Positions 28,368 to 42,000 of a stretch of 64,000 nucleotides of DNA are shown one piece after another. A program made the position numbers and the translations under genes. The notes beneath the pieces are model-generated. The model searched no databases. It saw nothing but the letters and a program-made list of their open reading frames with translations, and was not told the origin of the DNA. The DNA is from Balanoglossus misakiensis (Eukaryota; Animalia; Hemichordata). The number at the start of each line of letters is the position of its first letter. The stretch's first letter is position 1. The stretch covers positions 1,989,124-2,053,123 of the forward strand of contig CM082586.2 in the NCBI GenBank assembly GCA_040954595.2, written 5' to 3'.

Positions 28368-31300
28368 ATTTTTCTACAGGAGTATACACTGGTTAGTGCT
28401 ACAATATATGGACCCAAATGTTTTGTCTCCAGTGGATGATAGATGGATCTCCAGTAAGAGGTCACTCCGGCCGAAGATTTGTTGGCGGCATAAACGCCAC
28501 CGACGTGCGACCCATTAACCCTTAAACACCATCAATTGACACTCGGTTAGTACGAGACAATGAATTGCTCACAAGCCGTGACATATTTATTCCGATTTCG
28601 TCACCTACGTACCAACATCTCAGAGGACACCCGAACATCCCCCAAAAACCACGACCGAACAGTTCACACCCAACACCAGAAAGTCATTCCCTCTCCCCCA
28701 TATCTTTAAAAATTTCACCTTCCCTTAGACATAAAGATTCCCATCAATTTTACAGCTTTGCCGTTGGATGACTTTTTAATGTGGTGTTTAAAAGACTCAG
28801 GCTGACATCAAAGGACTCAATAAACCGGAAAATGTCTTGCAGGATGCCGAAAAGGATTCTTTTGCGTAGGGAGTGATTTAATTTGATGTCATTTGGAATC
28901 AATAAAGGAAACTACTTCATGCCTGGACACGTACAGTGGTGATCGAGTTTAGAAGTCAATGCTGCAATTAATTCTGTGTTGCCAATAGAACTTCAAAGGG
29001 TAGTTAAATTAGCCTTGTATTAGATTTTAATGGCTGGGGATTATAGGAGATGAGAGGTGGATTGGTATATCACCAACAAGTTAAGAACTTGATTCCTACT
29101 TTTGTCAGAAAAAAATCTATCCATCCAACTCCTCAAAAACATTCCACCACCATTTTCAATAACAGCGAGAAACTGTACTTTTGGGTAATTTGATTAAAAT
29201 TTTCATCCTCAGTATCACGAAATCAGTCCGAGACGTTTTCCAACTGAATAAAATCACGATTATCAGACAAGCTGTTCTGCACCTGTTGCAACAAGCCTTC
29301 AGCCGCGAGCGTACGGCATTCCATCAATAAATAAATACAGAGAGATGAAATACAACCAGTCCTGGCTGGTGTATCAGAGGCTCAGATGACCATGCAGTTT
29401 AAAATTTCTACCAAAGCCAGCAAAGAATAAAAAACGCTGTAATGTAAACCCTCTTTAGAATTCACGCTACTGAAGAATAAGAATCCTCTCTTCAAAAGTG
29501 AGGTACTTCTTTGCGCTTTCTTGAGTCCGAGCGGTTTTGTTCTTTAAACTTTCAGACAATGGTCGGCTTTAGTATTACTCCCTTTAACAAAATTCTGAAC
29601 TCAAGTTCTCTTCACTGTTCTTGAGAGAACGTAAACAATTTATGGGGGGAAAGTCGGGCCAACTCGGATTTGTGTGAACAAAACTGGGTTTTCAAAGGTT
29701 TTACTTACGAAGATCTTTGATTGGAACAGCATTCTATATTAAGAAGAGACCAGGAGAAGATTGTTTGGTATAGACATGGTAAAAGGTTTCGAATCTGACC
29801 ATGTTTCAGTAAAGATAAGAATCTGTTCTGAGAATTACCAGAATAGTGTGTGCAAACAGTTTGCAACTTTCCAGTTTGACATAAATCAGTCTCCAGTTAA
29901 AATACTAACAGCTGACCTGTGGAGATTGACAAAACCTGAAATTCTCTTGGACGTCACCCACCACCATAATATATAATTTGCAACGAGTGCACAGTATGTA
30001 CTGTGATAGAACTCTGGTTTTAAAATCACAGGCCTCATACACGCACCATGCACACTGCAGACTCCTGCAGTGCGGTTTATGACACGACTCTGAGCAATGA
30101 CTTGCAATATCAAGCTGGCCCTGAAAAGTACTCCAACAGCCATTGAAGAGGTCCTTAATGAGACCCAGCTAAACAGACCCACATAAAAAGTCGTCAAAGT
30201 TCACCAATAAAAGACCTGTCACAAACTTCATTAATTTCTGATTTATTGTGCTTCTCTCATCGACCTTTCTGGAGACTGACCCCTCTCTCAGCTGTTGTTT
30301 TATTCCCGGGGCTTTGCGTCCAAAGCATGAGTGGCATTTAAAGCTCAATTCATAGCGAATGAATTTCAGTTCATGATCTGCTTGAGAGAGATATGGACTC
30401 CCACCAAGGTCAATTGACTCCACGTGTGTCAGGTGCTATGCACCACACTCCAGCAATTATTAGACTCTGTGTGCCTTTCAAATGTTTTGGCATTAACAGG
30501 TGGTTTTGTTGCAGAGGTGCATGCTCAGCTGACATTAATGAAAGTTAGGTCTACTGAATGGATAACTTTCATGCTGAAATTGCACATTTATTAAAGGTGT
30601 ATGTGTATGTGAACATGTGCTTGTATGCATGTGCGTGTGTGCTTGCATGAGTGTATGCATGTGTGCATGCATGCATCATGTGTGTCACGTACAGCCAAAT
30701 CCTTGCCATTTCAGAATCATATACAGGGTGTGTACCTAAGGCTTCTTGTTGAGACACACAGATCTGCCAAAGGAATTGTAGATGAACTTTCACATTACTT
30801 CTGGTGTTATTACTAAAGTTGATAAAAGAGTCTGCCACGGATTAGCAAGGGCAGACTGGCCAACAATATCAAAGTATACACACTAACTGGTTGCTAGAGT
30901 AACAGGGTAATTTAAATCCACCATTAAAGACCATATCTCAACCACCTCAGCAATGCACAGCATTGACATGAGCATTAAACTGAGTTCATGCAACTTTGTA
31001 CTTGGCGGTGATAGCAGACGTCCTTGCTCGAAAGGGAGGGGGGAAAATTTAATATCCTAAATAAAAATTATCTCCGCATAAAACTCAACAGTGGCAGGAA
31101 TGATGTCAGCCATAATGTTGGTTGTAATTTCCCCATCGATGTGAAAAAACACCAATTGTTTGCGGAGTTGGGCTTAGTGCGTCTATATCGTGGTAAAATT
31201 TAAAGACCACTTTACAATGCTCATAAACTGAAACCTCAGTGGGTTTTTTATGTGTGGACAGATCGACTGGCAATGCGTGTTTAAGCAACACCGCAATGTC

Positions 31301-34300
31301 TTATTGACAGTCGGTGGACATCAAGTTTAAGTGTTTCCTGGAAGTCAAAATGCTCGCATAGGCAAAAAACCTGCCTCATTCGCTGATTTTAACGACCCGC
31401 GCTGTAAAAAAACACCGAATCGTCTACAGGTGTATTTTCAGCGTAAATTGTCCTCTGCATTGTCAAGGCATTCTGCCGAGATAATTGCTACAGTGGGACG
31501 CCATGCGACTAGTGTCCTGTACTGGCAATATAAAACAAACTCTTTTGTCTGGTCAACTGCAAGACAACAAGGTCACCCCAGTTGGTCATTGTGTCTCAAA
31601 AGTCACTCAAAAAATATTAGAGGCAGTAAGCTCTCTCTCTCTCCATATGACAATGGGACAATAACATCAGCATGAAGACATCACATTGATTTTCCTAACA
31701 CTTGATTAGGTCATAAACAGGCCATCATGATGTGCAAAAGACACCGACACGGAATTCTTAATGAGGGAGAAATTCAGAGGGCCTTCTTTAAAAAAAGATG
31801 AGCCTATTGTTCGGTGGTATTGTTGTGTGTGGAAAAAATGGCCATCGACAATCAGCGTGTGAAACGGCGCACATGTGACCACTATGTGCATGTGTGTGTT
31901 TCTGACATGGTGTTAACCTAACACTCAGCCACTTTAGAAACTCGAAAAAACACACAATTTCTTTCACAAACCAGCATTCATCGGTGCTGATATTACCAGT
32001 AGATAAACTCCCTGCTGTAAAAAAGCAGACTGCCTCTCTCAGTGGAGATTTAGTAACTCCCAGTTTGTGAAAAAAACACTACTAAACCAGACAGCGATAT
32101 ATGTGCAATGAAAAAACAGTTGTGAATCAATGGAATGTAGATAATTATCAAAAACAACCACCAATATAAAGAGCTCAAAATTTGGCGATCTCTCTAACAA
32201 CAACTTAAACAAGATTTGCTACATTATTTTGTAGCACTGACCAGTGGTTACAATTTTTTTTCTTTCTGTTTGTTTTCCTTTGGCGGGTCTGAGATCAATG
32301 TAAACCTTCGGTATGAAACATGTAACGTCTGTCGGTTATCGAATTGGACGTCTTGGACAGCGTCCAAGGTATGCAGGAGGGGACAAACGTTATGAATACC
32401 GGGGTCACAGCACAGAGAATTGATGGTACTTGATATGCATGCCTCTCAAACCCAGGTTCAGAAGGCCAACAATCAACAAGTTTGGTGGACGTACGTCAAA
32501 ATCAGGAGAAAACATTTCAGTTCAACTTGATTATAGATTAAATCGCTAAATACAGTCATGATGCTTATAAACGGTGTAGCTTACTAATCAAAGTTTGCTC
32601 GTACAACGGAAATATGCCCTTTATTACGACACACTACGTTGGCCTACAAAAACAGACCAGAGAACCCCTTAAAACCCTGTCTACACAACAAACAACACAC
32701 ACTGACTAAGGCCCCAAACTTACATTAAACATTATGTCAGTTTATCTCCAACATAGCTGTTGGAAATTCCTTAAATTCTTCAATTACTTTTAAGGGGGAG
32801 GTTAGCTATGGATGAATTACACAAAAAAAGCCCAAACAACACACCACTTTTAACAAAAGCAATTAAGAAGTTCTCATTTTTAAACTAAAAAGCAATCACA
32901 CTCAAAAGGAGGACATGCAAGATATATCACGTCACCGCACGACAAGGGAAGACAAAAAATAAAATCAGCCCACGACACTCTTATCTCCTACCCAGACTAG
33001 AGAATACGCACTGGCAAGTGTGACTGCGCATAACACCTCTCTCAACCGCGGGTTTCACTTTTAAAGACTCGAATTCACTGCGTGTGTAAATTGAGCACAG
33101 TATGCGCCCCTTCACAACACGCTGGAATGATACATTGCCGCCTGTACAATCAGAAGGCAGCTTATGCGAAAACAAAACAACGGCCTCCACGCGTTGCCAT
33201 GCCGATTACCCAGCATGCTCCGCACGGCACTTGACTGCTGGCATTTGTTGGCCTCCCTAGGCTGACGTGTGTGGCTCTGTGAGCAACAGGTGTATTGTCT
33301 GGTTAGCAGGTGCATCAGGGGCGCATGAAAGCGGTCTCTGCGATGGCGCCCTCTGGAGTATGTTCATAAAAGAGCTGCAACATTTTCTGTGCAACTGCAG
33401 AATTAAATCAGTGAAATGTTAATCAATGAAAGATGATATTCCACAGGAGCAATGGGGATAAAACTCTGATATTGTAAAACTGCAATGTCTGATTCTGCAA
33501 AATTACGCAAAATTCGTTTTCAATTTTGTCTGAACTACAAGTAAAATTATATGTCTGTGTTGAATGTTAAGCACATATCGGCATTGAGATCAGTTACGTT
33601 TTAATTATCTTGTTGTAGAATAGCTCTGTTTACAAAAGCAAATCTGAAACGTAGGACAATTCACTTTGTATATCACAGGATTCGAACCCAGACCTGCTGC
33701 ACCAAATCAAGTCCACACACAAAATGTATGAAAGTTCATTTGGCCTCATCTTTAATGCGGTATGAAAATATTGCCACAGAACCATCCAACGAATGTCAGA
33801 CGACACAGACACAAATTACAAGACACTCTACAAGGAGAATACTTTCTAGACTTAGGGCAATCCTCAACATGTAACGACGTGAAAACTCCTTCCGAAACTG
33901 GCGTAACAATACTAGCACCAGACAAGATCAAATTCAGCCTACTCAATGGACATTTGGCATTTAGTGATTACATTCCTTTCTCCTGGTGGATAAAAAAATT
34001 GGGAGACACAAACAAAACAAGTATCTATTACAACTTGCCCCAGTGTCACTTTCATAGCACAAGGGCAAGAGATTGAAAAAGCCGCGACCTCAGCCACCAC
34101 TTAGCCTGAACCTCACTCAATGTCTGCAACAGTAACCGATCGCGATCTCTCTTTTTTTTGCGGTGGAGAAGCATTGTGGCCAGGCCATTCAGTTGACAGA
34201 ATCACAATAACACCTATTGACGCCGGAAAATTGGTTTGTCGGTTTTCCGGGGTTGACAGGATCCCTGTCAATATTTGGTTTAACACTGGATACATTTTCT

Positions 34301-36935
34301 AATGGGATAACTAACACAGGCATTCCGGGACTCTGTCCGAACTCCGGCTGAGTGACTCCCGGCATGCCACGGAATGAAGAAAGGTCACCCTGGGAAAATC
34401 ATTTTCCCAAAAGAAAATACCTGAGATATGTTTGAAACCTCTTGGAGAACAAATTCAAAGTTGTCTCCTCTCGTGCGAGACTATCAGAGCCACATACTGA
34501 GATCTGACCAGAGAACAGAAGACCTAGCTGTAGGACATGACCTGAACAGCGCTTGAAATAAAAATCTCACTAATCACCAGGAATCAAGGACGCAGCTGTA
34601 CGCCATGATCAGTCTTGCGTTTAATTCGGCATAATGCACTTGTAATGATTTATATTTTGTTTGCTCTGAGAAAGCATTTTCCAATTTAAAGTTGATCTGA
34701 CCTTCCCCTATTTGTCTTGTCTTTGTGTCTCTGAAAACATCATTGTGATGAATGAAGAGACATTACCCTACTTGTGGACAGATGTAACACAGATCAAACC
34801 TGTGTGTACCTGATTTTCACCTCATACTGAATATGACTACATGCTTCATTGCAAGCCACAGTTCATGGAGTAAAAAATGAAGCACATTTGTCTCTGTTCA
34901 AATATATTATTCAATGTCTTGGCAAAAGTTCATCATTTCTGCTTGGAGATTACCCTCTTTGAGGACAGATGAAATAGCGACACCAGGTAAACAGAAAGGT
35001 TGTCAGCATGTTCGGACATTTTACAGCCAAAAGAAAAATATTGTTCTGTCCTTGGGACGCTGTTATTCTGCCGGCCACTCAGGCGAAAAGAGAGATGGAT
35101 CTGGTTTTTTACCTAGGTCCTGCAAACTTTGGTTTTAGCGATGTGCTGATGGATAGATGGTTGGTTCAGTGGTTTTTTCATGGTTGGTTGGATGGGTGGT
35201 TTCCATGGCGAGCAGCCAATGGAACAAAAATGCTTTTACTCTGGTTAGCCATTACTTGATGTGACAAGTCACCAATGTCAGTGGAAATCCTTCTCTCAAA
35301 ACTGTAATGTTCTCTGTAGGAATATCTTAAACCTTGGTCCTATCTAGATAGACAATCAAGTGTCTGTTCTTAAGCTAAAGTCAAATTGTTTAAAGCTCCA
35401 CAGGGGACTTGGTTTGGTGTGGAATGTTATTGGGAGATGGGCAATTGTAGCCTGGTGGAGACAAACGCAACACTGGATGAGGGCAGCCAGCAAGTATACA
35501 AATATAAGCGTAAGAGAATTTCACCGGCAGAGACGCATACCGGCCACTGTCTCTCCTACTGGTGTGTACAAAGCACAAAGAGGGCAATCATGGACTTTCA
35601 AGAGAAGCAAAAAATAGCTTCTATTTTTACCCTAATCCTCCTAGGAATCAAATCCCAATCCATTGTAATGATGTCCACACATTGGTGGTCCCTTGAGTCT
35701 CCATTAACCCATTTACAAAGATGACCTTTCTTTGTTAAGCAGCGAGAAAACATCACCGAAAGACACACAATCCCCTAAAAATCCCTTTCACTGTTTTTTT
35801 GACTTTACACATTCAGATATCTGAAATATGCAGGAGCTATCTGTGGAGTGTATGCGACATTTCAGGAAAACAGAACTGACAAATTGTTCAGAATCAAGAG
35901 CTTGCCAACAAAATATTTGCTGGTGATACGAAATTGGACAATGGTCTCCAAAACAAGTCAAGAAAAAAGATGAGGTTTGTGACCTTGCTTAGAAGTGAAG
36001 ATCATTCTACTGTCATGATTTTTGTCATGGTTTATTATTAATTAAGGAAGTCTGAGACACCAGCCTTACAAATGTTCACCCGAGGACAGTCTCTTTCTGC
36101 CACACAATAGATTGTCATAAAATGCAACGTCACTCCACTGATAAAGGTTCATTGCCACTAACCTTTCCATTCTCTCGCGGAGAACAGAGTAATGATTAAA
36201 GAACACGCTTTCAGCCAAAATTTAATAATAAAAACCGAAGTTGGATTAAGTTGAAGACGAACAACAACAACCTGTCCAAGCTTTGCCTTGACTCAAGGTG
36301 AATTCAACAATTACACAGAACAATAGACTTTCTGGCCATTATTTTCTGACATCCCTCTGCCATCTTTTCAAATCAAAAGGTCTCTTCAGGAATTGCTTTT
36401 CACAGTTTACACTGTTTTTTTCACTCATTTGTTGACATCGGACAACAAAGTAACAGCAGGGGTTATTCTAAAAACAGTTCTAGGTAAATGAGTGGCCACT
36501 TTCTTGGCACAAATTGACAGCAGTGAATACAATTGGTTCTTTGAGTGAGTTAAAATCACAACTATTGTCTGTTCTGTTTGAAACTTTCAAGGTGTTTAAA
36601 CTTGAGGTCTCTATATACATCACTGGACAAAGTGATGAGTTCCTGATGAGTAAACATAATGAACTACACAACTATTGTTCAGAACATGTGGTTTCTGAAA
36701 AGCCTTTTGCCAATCTCAACAGAATGGCTCTTTTTGAAGTTGACTTTTTTTTGTATTTGGGCCGTCATTCACCTGTTCCAGGTGTACCTATGCAACAGGT
36801 GGCAGTGGTGACTGAGTGCGCCCTCTACAGACCAAAGTATGTACCATCATCTGAACTGGTCATCTTTGGCCACTACAACAGCGCCCCCAACAACAAACAA
36901 ACGTGAGACAGAAATTGTCAAATAAAATTCAGACA

Positions 36936-36941
36936 TTTATT
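36936..36941 (-). terminator. Candidate polyadenylation signal for TM9SF1 (~2 kb 3' UTR)
   Basis: AATAAA on the minus strand, followed by T/GT-rich sequence; not verified. Confidence 0.3.
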
Positions 36942-39017
36942 TCCCATACTTACACTTGAAAAGTGACATTTTCCATTTAATATAATCCCAGAAGGAAATA
37001 ACCCATTCCCTTTCCCAGTTCTAAGGTTTTTCAAAGTCTATTTCAAATCATAATGCCAGGAGAAAATAGTCCAAAATTACATTGTACTATGCTTTGCATA
37101 ACATATCAAAGGGCTATACTTGAGTGAAATTTTTCACACAAATGAAGAGACTTATAAATACATAACGTACATACAAACAAACAGTTCCTGCGGTCTCTAA
37201 TTCACATATAGATCTACAAAGTCATGCAAAAAATTAAATTAACAGAAGTTGGGTTTGACTGTATTAAAAAAAATATGGAATTTGGTCAAAACCATAGTTT
37301 TTGGTCAACCAAGTTCCCCATGGAAACTAAACAGAAAACAATGAAAAATAGTTCAATTTCCCATCCACAATTCATCTGATGTACATTTGTACCTTGGAGC
37401 ATCGATTATGCCAGTAGGATATTAATAATTGCTGGCTTTGATTGGCTAATATGTAGTAGTATGTGGGTATTTGATGGTCGGTCGGCCAATTAACAGAAGT
37501 GACACATACTCATGACCACTTGCACACCTTGTGCAAAACAGTCCTTCTCTGCCATCTAGTGATCTCGTGCAACTTACACAATGACCAAATCAAGTATTTT
37601 TTGCATGTATTTTTATAACCACACCATGAAGCAAGCTGTATCCTCCTGACATCGAAACCAAAAATCACCAGTGCTAATACCCTGTCTATACCCTCACACC
37701 CCTTTGCAATGGTCACCCCCGTCCGTTCACCCATAGAAACAATTCTCAATTCTAAGTACAACAGCTGAGCCCTGATATCCTTCTGTAGAAACCAAACACC
37801 AAGCTCCAATGCAAAGAACAGAATGTGACAAAATCTAAAAAGATGCCAATGTAAATTTACTTAAAAATAGACAACTTATGATTTTTTAAATCCTGAAGTA
37901 ATATCATGCTTTTACTTGTCAGAAAATGTACTGGCATCTCAAAAAAGTCTGACTTTGTACTGAGGTACAACTCAGACTGAAGATACCACGAAAATAAAGT
38001 TGTACATTAAAGTTGAAATGGTCAAGTCAGAACACGTATAATGTGAAAGTTTTATAAACATGTGATGTATATTTCTATGGAAAGCAAAGGGGGGTGGGGG
38101 AGGGAGAAAATAGAGCTGGGGATTGGAGGCGTGAAATGCGTCCAATCAAGTTTGGTTCTGGTGAGTGGAGGGTCGCATGGAGGGTTGAAAGTGGTGGTGT
38201 TTACGCGGGGGAGGGTACAGAGGGGAATTTTTTTACACATGAACAGGAGAGGGCAGTCGTGTCACACATGCAAAAAGAGGAAAGGGTGAGCTTGTTCCTC
38301 ACATTTTTGCTGGTTATTCATGAACTGAATCACTGTACAAATATTATCATAAGTCTGACAACATCTAGTTTAATCTGAGTTCTCTTTTTTTGTATAATTT
38401 AGTGTTTTGACAACTGACATTCATGGATCTTTTTTTTTTACAGAAATGTTGAATTTTCAACTAAAGTTATTACTTTTTTTCAGAATGAAAGATATGTTAG
38501 CTAACTGCCCATCAATCGGACGGGTTATAAATCAAGTAAAATAATATTGTTTGCGAGGTTATATGTACATATGCAGAAAAAAAAAAAAAACTACAAAATT
38601 ATGTTCGAGGCAGCATTGCAAAGGTGAAGAAAGCAGAAAGGAAGAGGATGTAATTTAGCAGGGATACAAGTAACATGGAGAAATATCAAATAATTACTTG
38701 ACAAGAAAAAATGTGTTCTGAAAAGTCTGTGAAATATACAGGACTGAAATGAGAATACCGTTTATGCCACACTTTCAAAATCATGCAGCAGTATCAACAG
38801 TGTTTGTAATTACGAGGAAACCGGGATAAAGCTGAACAGCGCGATCTAGTCCCAGTTCCTGCGCATGTATAGTAGGAATATCCCAAAACCACCCCTACAC
38901 CCCTATTGCATGTGGTTTGACCGCAAAAGTCCTCCTGTATTTAGGGTCCAATCCATTACTAGTGTCCCAGGAAGGGTCGCGCATCGCAAATCGGTACAGT
39001 CCAGTCAGCAGTTAAAT

Positions 39018-42000
39018 TCAGTCCATTTTTAAGTTGACGTAGATGTAGCGTATAAATTTGAGCGAGGCGAAGAAGGAGACGGTGCCCAGCATGAGGAAGA
39101 ATATGTAGCAGGTGAGTATCGTCCAGCCGAAGAATTCGACCGTTTGAAGCGTTCCGGACATGTTTGACCGCTTATAGTAGTAGAAGAGGGAATACAAGAA
39201 CACAAATATGCCGGTGGATCTACGGAGTGAATAAAACAGAAAAAAAAAATTTAAAATAAAATAAAAAATGGTTGAAATGTTTCATGAAATGCAAGTATCC
39301 TTTGAGAAGAGTCCTTTTTCCTGTTCTGCAATGCAGGTCTTGTCTCCCATAGGCTTAGTGCAGACGACGTCGTGTAGTTCGCGTGTTCGCTGTATTATAC
39401 ACTAGAGTATTACGGTATGACTCTCTTTATTTTTTCAATGTTTACACAGGGTTTGAAACGCCTGTTGAAGTGCAGCCGCTTATAGTATGTGTTGTAGACA
39501 CTATGCTATTACTGTGTGATGGTGATAACAATTTTCAGGTAAGCACTTCTTCTTATCCAAGATTCTTAATGAATCTCGCTGATATTGACAACACAGTCGT
39601 TGTCAAAAAATCAATTATTCTGCCTATAGCGTTGATGGTTCTGAAAACCACAACATCAAAGTGCTCTACTAATACTTAGATTTCCATTCCCACAGCTGTA
39701 TATGTTAATTTGGCGCCGTTTTAACCAGTCGCTCGCATTATGGCATTAATGAACAAAGTCTCCTTGCACTATTCTGCTCTGCTTATTCATAATTCATGCC
39801 TGAATGAATTTGTCAAAGCAGTTCAGAAGCTGGAATGGCAACAGCTGTAGGTGTCGACGGAAATAGCAGAAAAATAAAATCACAGAGTACTCACCCAGCG
39901 CTGAAAATGGATCTCCACCACCAACGGTAGTCTTCGCTGGACAGCTGGAAGTAAGTCAGAGCCACGGAGATGCAGGCTGTCACACTCAGCAGGATTGCGA
40001 AGACCACAAACAGGATTCCGTACAGTGTGTATTGCTCACGACCCCACAGAGTGGCAAAGATGTAGTAGAGCTCTACAGAGATGGCACTGAATGGAGAGAC
40101 AAATACTTGGTCTGTCAGCCATTTTGTTTGAAATTTGAACAGGTAGTTTGAAATTTATCCAGCAATGTTGATAGCATGGTTCATACGCTAAAAATCATGA
40201 AATTTTCACGGATTTTTAAGTCAAGAATGCTATTCTAAAAGTCACTATATGCAGTATAGTGCTCTGTGTAACAAAATAGACTATCTTGATCTAATTCTGT
40301 ACAGAATTCAAAAACACCCAGTATACTGCGTTGTGAAAATAGCCAGTATATGTGTAATGAGTATGACCTTTGTTATATGGAATATCCAACTCACCTAAAT
40401 GGTAGGAATCCACCAATCAGCATGTGAATGAAAGCAGAGCGGTACCATGGCACGGATGGGATCTCACGAGGGATGTTCTTTGTACGGCAAGGAGCGTCAA
40501 ATCCAATGGCCCAATTCTTACCAAAGATACCGCCAATGACTGTCAACGGGTATCCGACTGAACACATAAAAAAGTTGCAAAAAGTTATTAATATCAAATG
40601 CTTTCATACATGATAAATATCATTACACTGTTATCATAGACAAAGCTGCCAATTAAGTGGGTGATAAACCAACTGTCAATAATCCTACAAGACACCGACT
40701 GAGAACGAACACTCACCTAGAAGCCATATAATCATCAGCAGAAGGACCGTTGTGAACGGCAGAGCCTGGGTTGACTTGTGATACCAGGCAACCGAGTTGA
40801 TGACACTCCAGATGAAGAAGAAAGGCACTGAAAATAATAAAACAACATACAAATTTCATCATGTTTGCCAAAAATTCCTTCTGTAAAATGTAAACTTCTT
40901 GACGTGTAGAACAGGATTATTTCACTGATTGGTTGGTGTAATGTACTCACCTGAGAAGAGACACGAGGTTAGAATGATGTTCCAAACCCATTTTTCACCA
41001 CCGATTCTCCGGTAGAAGTTAGCCGACACGTAACCGGAAACAACTGAAGACAGGACACAAAAAGAATTGTTAACTCTTCTCACAACTTGGTGTTTCACAT
41101 ATTTACATTGTAAACGATAGCACAAGTGACTAAATCAATTTTCCGGGAATTAGTTACATGATCCTGCACTTACAGCAAGTCAAGGCATACAGCAGGATGG
41201 CAGCGGTATTCATGGAACCATGTCGGTGAACGTTGAACATTCCCATGAGAGCCATGACGATGATACCAGTGGCCAGGGCCAAGAACTGACATCCAGCACC
41301 TGTGTGTGTGAAGACAAAACCAAAACATTTGATAATGAAGTGGTTCACTAAGAGCTTGAATAATGCTGCTAAGAGATAACAAAAGCATACATGGCAAATT
41401 CAGGAATTGGATTTCAAAGAAGATCATTTTAACATGATCTGGCCAAGTCTGCAAGTCAGTACACATTCTCATGTCGTATAAACTGTCTGGACGTGCATTC
41501 TTAAAAGACATCATAGCTTTGTGTCTTACCCAGAATGGCACAGAGCAGCCCCCTCTGTGGTGGGAATCGGAAAACATCCGTGTGGATGATTTTCCATCCA
41601 TTGTCATCGGAATCCAGCTCCTCGCTTTCTTCATCATCCATGTTATACCTGGCAAAGTCATTCTTCAAAACTCGCATCTGAAAACGTTATCAACTCAAAG
41701 TTAGTATTAACATTCTATCTTATGGATGCCATGTACAGGACAGATCAGAACTAAGTTTCCAACTGGTCAGCTCTTACTAATCCCAGCCAGCTTGAGTTGG
41801 CAAATTCAGCACCAAGGGATGGGAGAGATGGTCACTTACCAGAATAATGACAACAAATCCGATAAGTAGAAATACCAGCACCATAGAATTGATGATTGAA
41901 AGCCAATGGATCTGAAAAGCAAAAATACAAAACTGTTGTTGTAAAATGTTGATAGTGAGTCTATATCATTGTAACTATATATTGGCATATGTCAATTAAA

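Noticed and set aside
33678-33688. B-box GGTTCGAATCC on the minus strand
   Set aside because: No convincing A-box or tRNA fold; at most an old SINE remnant.
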